Positions 55,101 through 64,000 of a DNA stretch of 64,000 nt are shown piece by piece. The stretch is from Eledone cirrhosa. Taxonomy: Eukaryota. Each line of letters opens with the position of its first letter. The first letter of the stretch is position 1. The stretch lies in assembly GCA_964016885.1 (NCBI GenBank), contig OZ024741.1, positions 30,318,001-30,382,000 on the forward strand, in the 5' to 3' direction. A program made the position numbers and the translations under genes. The notes beneath the pieces are model-generated. The model made no database searches and had not been told where the DNA came from. It saw only the letters and a program-made list of their open reading frames with translations.

Positions 55101-55617
55101 TAATTTGTTCTGCTGTCAGTGATTCCGCCCCAACCTGGGATTCGAAGTCTTACAATTTACCTCGTTTCCACTGACACATGTTTCATTTTCCCTTCGCTGA
55201 CTTTGTGCTAATAGCTTGATCTGATCAATTTCAATATCAGTTAGTAACTTTTTTTTAACAATATTTCTTCGTATATTGGTTAGTTTGTTACTGTCAATAT
55301 AGCCTCTGTTTTCGGGATGTTTCTTTTTCCAGTTGATATATGTATGTTCTTATTCGATCTATCTGATGGGTAGTACATGGCAGTGTAGAAAGCCTCAAAG
55401 ACTTCTTTATTGTCTTCCCTTGATCATTTTCTCTCTTTTTCTTTGGATTTCTTGGTGGTGAGCATGGACGGCCAACAGTAGGAGTATTCCGGTTATGGGA
55501 GGTCTCCAGCTCCGAAGTGATGGGAAGGTTTGAACCATTAGCTGATTTTCTGATCTTTCGATCCCAGTCTGGTTCCTCTCTGAGGGACGCGGCCCTTTTT
55601 GACCCTTTTTGACCCAT
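52166..55617 (-). mobile_element. R4/Dong-like non-LTR retrotransposon, near full length, degraded, in (TAA)n
   Basis: WKSPGKD, NYRPITCL, QKGCKRGSYGCKDQL, GIFQGDSLSPLLF, HLFYMDDLKL, YKYLG, CRVC..ETIDHIISMC, RHD; (TAA)n at both ends. Confidence 0.9.
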
Positions 55618-55717
55618 ATTATTATTATTATCATTATTATTATGTTTTATTTTCTTGTGCAATGGCTTTACTTGATAACGTGGGGGCAGCCATCATATAT
55701 ATATACATATATATATA

Positions 55718-55823
55718 TTAATATTACCAGATTATAGTTTAAGCAAAGAATCGCTTCTTTCACCCTTAAGGGGATCTTGTTATCGAGCACTCTTTGGATT
55801 TTAGTCTTCGCATTTATTATTAT

Positions 55824-55830
<7 letters not shown>
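55718..55830. mobile_element. Tiny inverted PLE-type insertion, family F
   Basis: First half is the reverse complement of ~42385-42450, second half a direct copy of ~42493-42540; inside (TA)n. Confidence 0.65.
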
Positions 55831-55854
<24 letters not shown>

Positions 55855-55859
<5 letters not shown>

Positions 55860-56273
55860 AAAAAATTAAAAGATGGTTAAAAAAGTTCCATATATTTTAT
55901 TATGCCCGTTTCGAAAACAACATCATCCTGGGACAAAAATTGTGTTCTCCTTAAATAAAATAAGGTAACATGATATGAGGCCTAAAAACACTTGTGAATA
56001 TGAAAGTGTCCACTTACATATGTAGACTGGACACTTTCATATTCACAAGTGTTTTTAGGCCTCATATCATGTTACCTTATTTTATTTAAGGAGAACACAA
56101 TTTTTGTCCTAGGATGATGTTGTTTTTGAAATTCGCACAATAAAATATATGGAACTTTTTTAACCATCTTTTAATATCTTCTTTAATATATACTCCATCT
56201 CTATCAACTGTTGAGTGCCACTTATCTGATATATGCATAGTTTTATTGTTCTACACTATTACTCACCTCCTAC

Positions 56274-56275
<2 letters not shown>
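55855..56275. mobile_element. PLE family D fold-back insertion (~150-bp arms plus tail)
   Basis: Palindrome centred near 56018; hammerhead core mutated (TTAAGGA); tail ends actcacctcctacat as at 12565. Confidence 0.8.
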
Positions 56276-56306
<31 letters not shown>

Positions 56307-56634
56307 TCGATCTATCCCGATTCCAGAGACGAGATAGATTGATATAGATCAAACCTAGTGCTGATCAAAACCGAAACGTGCGTAACTACTAAACGTAATG
56401 TATACATAACAAATTGTTCTTCTTATTATTAGCCTGATTTTGGTGTCTAGAACTCTACAAGAAATAGAAAAAGAAGAGTATTGACGTACATACGTCAATA
56501 CTCATCTTTTTCCATTTCTTAGAGGTTTCCCAAACCCCACTATCAGGCTAAAATATATTTAGTCAAAAAATACGGCGAAAGCTTCTATTTCTAATTTTAA
56601 ACTCGCTCGCTGTTTCAAAACATGCTTACTTGTT

Positions 56635-56920
56635 TACGGGGTCGATAACATAAATTACAAGTAATGCACTGGTATAATTGCTGGCCTTGTGCCAAAGATA
56701 GAAACAATTATCATTAGGGTGGTGAGGGCGGTGGATTGGCAGTATCGGTAGAGTTACGGACACCATGCTTTGCAGCATAGAGTTACGGCCCTTCATGATC
56801 TGATTTCAAATCCCGCCGAGTTTAACTTTGCCTTTCATCCTTACGGGGTCCATAAAGTAAAGTACCAGTAATACACTGGGATAATTGCTGGCCTTGTGCC
56901 AAAAGTAGAAACAATAATTA
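56635..56920 (+). mobile_element. SINE 3' fragment followed by a full SINE copy
   Basis: SINE consensus. Confidence 0.85.
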
Positions 56921-58284
56921 TTATTACACTCTGCTTAGTTCTACACCTCTATAATTACTGGAAACTACGCATCGAGTGATCAATCTGGTGAACCTTCAGA
57001 AACTGAACGTTACAGTCCCTAGATATATATATACATGTATATGTGGGTGTGTGTATACTTGTATGCATTTATATTCTATATGTATATATATATAAAATCG
57101 ATGTGATATTTTGAATCGCTTCATGAATTTCCTGTAACGCATTTGCTGATAAAATTCGAGTGTATATATATATATATATATATACAAGAACTATTAACTA
57201 AGTTAGTTATATAACAGTAGTAAATATACTGATATTGTCATTTTAGAATGGCAAAGTACAGAAACTCGTAGACTAGCGGCGTAGTTATAGAAAACACTAC
57301 ATTCCTACGAGGCTTTTGATTGTCGTTTCGTAATGAACGAATTTTTGTTCATAATCTGTAAGTCCATGTTTGTATATAGCTTTGCGAATTTTTCATACTA
57401 TTCTAATGATTGCTGGCATCCAGGTTTTTAGAGACTCTAGAGTTAATCATAGCAGCGTAACTTCGTGTTTTGATTTAGAATCCTGCCAAAATCAACGTTG
57501 CCTTTCATTACTTCGATGTGTGCTGGGTACTCAATGAAATAATTAAATAGTCTCTACCCTTCTCTCCAAAATATGTGAAATTATATGTCAATGATAAAAA
57601 TCTTGTGATACCATTTATATCGAAATTGATGCCAATTTAATACTGGGATCGCTTCTTCTCTCATTCTTTCTAACCCTCCCTCTCCCCCCTCTCTCTCTAT
57701 CTCACTTTGCCTCTCTGTCACCCTGCCTCCCTCTCCCCCACCTCCCTCTAACCTCCCCTACGCCTCTCTCTCTCCGTCCTGATATAAATTGCCCAAGACA
57801 CCTCGTTCGACTCCATCAGAATCCAAGGTTTGAAAGAAGAAAGGAAGAATATAAAATCCCGCAAAATATTCAATCATTGAAATATTTTCAGGGATTGCGG
57901 CAAGCTTAACTTGTCATCAATAAATGATACCCAGAATTCAATTTCTGAGCCTATTTTTTTTTATCATAAAAGTCGAAGTATCCACAAAAATTATTCACAT
58001 ATGAATTTTCTCAGATTAAATACTTTCTACTTTTGGGACATCATCTAAGATAAATTCTCGTGACGCTGACTGAAAGTTCGACTTTCCCCTACACCAAATA
58101 TAGTTGATTTTCAGACTATTGTCCACATTATATTAATCAACAGCATGTATGTTACAGTCTCATTTGATATTGAAATTAAACTTGATTAAATTCCCTCTGA
58201 ATGTTATTACGAAATAAACTCAATCTACACTACAGTCCTTGTTTGTATGTCACCTATGAGACCATATGTATTGGACAAGAAGAG

Positions 58285-59008
58285 CAATTGCTTGGCATAC
58301 TAAACAACCTAGAGGGCTGGACGCTATGCTTTGCAGCATAGAGTTACATCCCTTTACGGTCTGAGTTCAAATCCCGCCGAGGTTAACTTTGCCTTTCATC
58401 CTTACGGGGTCGATCAAATAAAGTACCAATAATGCACTAGGGTAAATCCTGGCCTTGTGTCAAAAATAGAAACAATTATTAGACTATCCAGGGTGGTAGA
58501 TTGGCAGTATCGGTAGAGGGTCGGACGCTATGCTTTGCAACATAGAGTTACGGTCCTTTACTGTGTGAGTTCAAATCCCGTCGAGAAATTTGCCTTTCAT
58601 CCTCCTTATGGGATCGATAAAATAAAGCACCAGTAATGCACTGGGGTAATTGCTGGCCTTGTGTCAAAAGTAGAAACAATTGTTACTTAACTAATAAAAA
58701 CTAATTCTCTTGTCCAAATACAGTCTTTACACATTAATTACTACATATTCACACCACTGTGAGCAATTTGTTGAAATTGTAATTATATATACCTATGTAG
58801 AGCGATGGATAGGCAGAATCAGTCGAACGTCGGATACACTGGTTCTTTACGGCCCTTTATTTTCTGAGTTCAAATCCCGCCGAGGTTATCTTTGCCTTTT
58901 ATCTTTACTGGGTCAATAAAATAAAATCCTAGTAAACATTGGCGCCGATTTAATCGACTTTCTCAGCCCCCAAAATTGCTGGCCTTCTGCCTATATAAGA
59001 AACCATTA
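58285..59008 (+). mobile_element. Three SINE copies (58285-58480, 58490-58682, 58800-59008)
   Basis: SINE consensus with A/B boxes and core. Confidence 0.85.
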
Positions 59009-59135
59009 TATATACCTATATACATATATGTATAGCTGTATATATATAAATATTTCTGCACTTGCATGTTTATAGGAGTGTACATACTGTCATATGTATA
59101 TGGACGTTTAGGTGTGGCACATATAGATGTGACTA

Positions 59136-59320
59136 TACGAGGGTCGGCTGATCAAGATACTCCCAGGGAATTGCCAAATGTGATTTATTTTCAATATAGT
59201 CCCTGAAAACAAACAATGGAGTTATTAACAAAAAGATTTGAAATTAAGGCAAACAAGATTTCATAGCTCTAGCATCAATCCTTAATATTTAGCCTATGAA
59301 CGCTACAGTCGATCGTCGTA
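59136..59320. mobile_element. Mariner-like MITE remnant
   Basis: Ends TACGAGGGTCGGCTG / CAGTCGATCGTCGTA form imperfect TIRs with TA. Confidence 0.6.
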
Positions 59321-59539
59321 CATGTTATGCATGTGTATACGCGAATACATACATGAGTATATATGAATGTACGTGGGATGTTGAGCGAACGTATATTGTG
59401 CGTATACGTACGTAGTGGACTGTATACATTCATGCATTTATATATATTTATATATATGAATGCATATATAGTGTATTTTGCAATATACTGTATGCTTAAT
59501 TAAAAGCATTTTGAAGACCTTGCGCTATTATTTTAAAGT

Positions 59540-59849
<310 letters not shown>

Positions 59850-60192
59850 CATATAAATGTATCATATCATAGATTGCTTTAGAAACTCAAAATAGTATTT
59901 TACAATTAAATAGCTCAAAGAAGGGAATCTTCCCGAGCCGTTGTAATATAATTGAATATATGAGAGGGATGAACACCGATACAAGTATACATAAGTTCCA
60001 ATTTCAAATTACTAAGTTAGCGAGGTTGAAAAAATACTAATTTAAAACAATATAGTTTGCGTGTCTTGATTTAAAGTAATAAATCAATAAAAATGAAAAA
60101 ACCTATATCGGGCAATAGCCTTTGATACCCGGACAGATTTCTTGCGAATCAGATTTAGATTTGTCCGGGTATCAAAGGCTATTGCCCGTTAT

Positions 60193-60745
<553 letters not shown>

Positions 60746-60765
60746 TATATATATATATATATGTA

Positions 60766-60838
<73 letters not shown>

Positions 60839-60859
60839 CAGATTAAATAAAGCAAATTC

Positions 60860-60931
<72 letters not shown>

Positions 60932-60964
60932 TATATATATAATATATATGTATGTATATATATA

Positions 60965-61149
60965 TATTGTTATACTTCGGGAGGGTCATGTTGCCAATAA
61001 GAAACACACGCACCAGTTGCTTTCACTTCAATTTATTATAATAAATTTATAATAAATTTATGAATTTATAAATTTCTGGTTGTATAACAATATCGGTTTC
61101 AACACACGATTTCAGACAAAGAATCTTGCTAAACAAATTCAGAAACGAA

Positions 61150-61152
<3 letters not shown>
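60965..61152 (-). mobile_element. PLE family A mini-insertion with inverted tail
   Basis: 60965-61080 is the reverse complement of ~5475-5582; 61081-61150 is the plus-oriented end and tail, like 12737-12800 reversed. Confidence 0.7.
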
Positions 61153-61206
<54 letters not shown>

Positions 61207-61883
61207 GCATCACAGATTAAATAATGTAAATTCTTGAGGTTGTGATCACATAAAAATTGGTATGAAATGGTGTCCTCTCTATGCTCCACATAACCACGAT
61301 TCTCAAACATTTGTACTTTTTACTCTGCAAATCTTTTTGCTTCCAATTATCGGTTTTTCAAGACGAACATCAACTGAATCGGTCACGACGTTACTAAATA
61401 TATAGAAACTGCATTGTATAATGTAAACTTCTTATGTTAGGTTCTTATTTGAAAGAGATTTGATTGTTATTTATAGCAGACTGAGCAATCACGATAAGGA
61501 TTTTTTTTTAATGAATAGTTATTTCACTAGCAATTATATTCTCTTTATATTCTAATTATCTAATATTTAGAGTTCTAGTAAAATTTAGACATCAAAAGCA
61601 GTTAAGGTATCCAAGTTAAACTTTTGAAAATTATTCTACGTCTGCACTGTTCCACTTGCGAGATGAATTTTGAAAATATATTTTATCTGTCAATTCTTGC
61701 AAAAATCAAATATTTTAAAATCAATATCAGGAAAGTAGGTTCAGGATTAGGGTCATACAAGTGTTTAGAGAATTTTAGTTGAGAATTTGTAAATCTCTAA
61801 TCCGAAGATCCTTAAAGCACTCTTATTGATTTTGTAAAATAAATTCATGTTCGTTGGACAGCTATTATAGACAATAGTATATG

Positions 61884-61972
<89 letters not shown>

Positions 61973-61979
<7 letters not shown>

Positions 61980-62258
61980 AGTTGTATTTAATTTGTTGGA
62001 ATTCCGACACACATAAATGATTATAACTGATTTAGAGCACTCAACAGTTTACTGGAGTAAATATTCAATGATTTTAAATACCCAGTGAATTTCCACTCGA
62101 TAAGGTATGATTTTCATGGGTACGTCTCTATTTATAAAACAAACTTAGTATTTTATCTGATGAAAGTGCACCAATGTTATCTTGGTTTCCCTTGACATAT
62201 ATATAATAAAATAAACATGGTTCTATAAATATAGTTTCCATTTATTTAATATCATTGT
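61973..62258 (+). mobile_element. PLE mini-insertion related to the 35749 family
   Basis: 62151-62256 is homologous to 40226-40332 (TTTTAT-CTGATGA..GACA, GAAA mutated); 61973-62080 is an inverted tail homologous to 40330-40420. Confidence 0.7.
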
Positions 62259-62264
62259 ATATAT

Positions 62265-64000
62265 ATATATATGAAATATGAAATATAAGAATCAAAGAAC
62301 TGTTCAAAACATTATTGTGCTTACAGCTGTTTCCTCCAAACCGAGGTTTGGATTCTTCGGAGCAATTTATTAATGCATGGACAGTTATATGACCTCATTT
62401 TCAGCCGAGAGACATACCGATACATATTCAAACATTGATACATATTCAAACATTGTGGGTCAACATTCATTACAGAATTTAGAGTGGCAGTACACACTTC
62501 GAGATTACATTTATATTAAGAGGTACAATCAAAGATCAAAAATACAGGTTAAAATACAACATGAAGATAAGTGGTTATATAGTGCAAATGTTATACATGT
62601 GGCACGCATGTGCGTCTTGTTTATATAGTGTGGCAGAGAGATATGTGTGGTAGAGGCACTTAGGTAGGTAAACAAGAGTGTTAGGTTGGTAGATCTGGTG
62701 GAAAATTCTTTATATGATTGATATAGTCTGTGTGTGGAGAAATGTTATAAGCATTAAAAATAGTGCAAGCATTAAAAGTGTTAAAAGTATTGGAGATGCA
62801 CAGCGAAGGGATGTCAAGTATTTCATGTACTTCGGCATTTTCATGGTCAGGGGAGTGTATTTTTCGATTATATGCCCCTCACATAATCCACGACAATCCG
62901 ATATTGAGCGTTTGACAATCCAGTTAGAGATCGTAGTCTGGTGTTCTTTAGTTCAATACAGGAGGCTGTTACGTTTCGAGAAACGCCATTGAATACCACC
63001 CGGAAGTGTGTGTGTGACTAAGGGGAGTTAATGCATGCGGGGAGGTAACTCCGGGGTTTCTAAACCTAGCTATTAAAATGTGTCACAATATAAACCCTAA
63101 TTTCTATGGTGATGCGCATCCTCCAAGAAAATTTTTAAAGCATAAAGAGTATTAAGTTATGCTGAAGGTGATCATATTATTATGGTGGATTAACCCATCG
63201 TAAGGTGCCACAAATGGAAATTATAGATGATGAGCGAGGATTCTAAATTAATGATCTCTGTGGTTGTAGTCTACTCATAGGACCAGGCGCGGTGATTGCA
63301 GGATTGCTTCAGGACCCAATGATCTCTGGTAAGTTCTGGGTCATCGCTTGCTGCATTGGATGTCGAAAGATAATCATCCCCAGGCCGGCCAGAGGTCAAT
63401 CCACAGTCCTCGCGACCCCTCTCAGACCGTCAGATCATCCATATATGTACAACCCGCACGGCAGTTGCAATGCATTCACTCACTGCGCTCAGCAGCCTGG
63501 TCCTACTGCTCAACAGCGTTACTAGATTAAATCATTTTTCATCTGTCTAAGGAAGGTGTTTCCTCTGCACAACACTATCCAACCGATCAATTCATGCTCA
63601 GATTACCCTTAGAGCGGTGTAGTGCCGTTCAAGTGGGTGGATGCTGTCACACCTGACGTAGAGGTATAAATGGGTATTCTCCCTGCGAAGGGTTCCAGGG
63701 GGATGTCGTTGTTTGTGTTATAATAGATCAGTTAGTGTTAGGTATGTAGTATAAGGTGTGTCTCTGGTGTTTGATGCTAGATGTGGTGTTAGGTTCCAGT
63801 CCGACATTGCTATATATTGGGCTTAAAGTTTTGGAAGGAATGTCTGAAGCGGTGCAGGCAAGTTGCAAACACCTCAGATTTTTTGTTAAGTAGGTTTCGG
63901 TTGGAGAAGATAATATTGTGTGTCTCTAGTATACAGAGGTTACAAAATTTATTAGGTGGTTTGTACGAGGTGGCGCTGCCTATCACTTCCCATTTGAGTG
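62265..64000 (-). mobile_element. 3' part of a Penelope-like (Nematis-type) element running off the window
   Basis: 63998-63810 translates LKWEVIGSATSYKPPNKFCNLCILETHNIIFSNRNLLNKKSEVFATCLHRF..* (GIY-YIG C-terminus, absent from the ORF track); ~1.5 kb 3' region with a hammerhead, ending at (TA)n. Confidence 0.8.
62318..62364 (-). ncRNA. Type I hammerhead motif with U4C core variant
   Basis: TGCT-CCGAAGA-ATCCAAAC-CTCG-GTTTGGAG-GAAA-CAGCTG-T-A-AGCA; palindromic stem III, GUA cleavage triplet. Confidence 0.7.

Noticed and set aside
61047-61395. Possible minus-strand host exon (VDVRLEKPIIGSKKICR / MFENRGYVEHRED)
   Set aside because: Frames are short and interrupted by stops, no convincing donor site, no recognisable homology
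62377-63530. Short plus-strand ORFs
   Set aside because: They lie antisense within the PLE 3' region and have no recognisable motifs

Overview
Eukaryotic, AT-rich, microsatellite-saturated DNA with no host gene I can support. The SINE family and repeat landscape suggest a mollusc, probably an octopus (inference). The window is almost entirely mobile elements. (1) Many Penelope-like retroelements (PLEs) from several families sit in (TA)n tracts, including three large inverted-repeat insertions (5.6-7.7, 35.7-40.4 and 46.0-50.0 kb; the last is a near-intact RT + GIY-YIG copy). (2) Roughly a dozen intact or decayed type I hammerhead-ribozyme motifs lie at PLE termini. (3) There are degraded LINEs of Tx1/L1-, R4/Dong-, CR1-, RTE- and CRE-like type, a Helitron, Tigger-like and mariner-like MITEs, about 15 tRNA-derived SINE copies and a 29 x 55-bp minisatellite with a 9-mer higher-order repeat. 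The most interesting signals are: a repeated rule that the inverted arm of PLE-type insertions carries a longer 3' tail than the main copy; ultra-short PLE tail tags alone in (TA)n; a non-coding ~730-bp tandem retrozyme-like element with a non-canonical ribozyme-like fold, one copy capped by a tail from a different PLE family; and fold-back duplications of flanking DNA centred on (TA)n. Clade names are from recalled protein motifs, not from searches, and element boundaries were read by eye.
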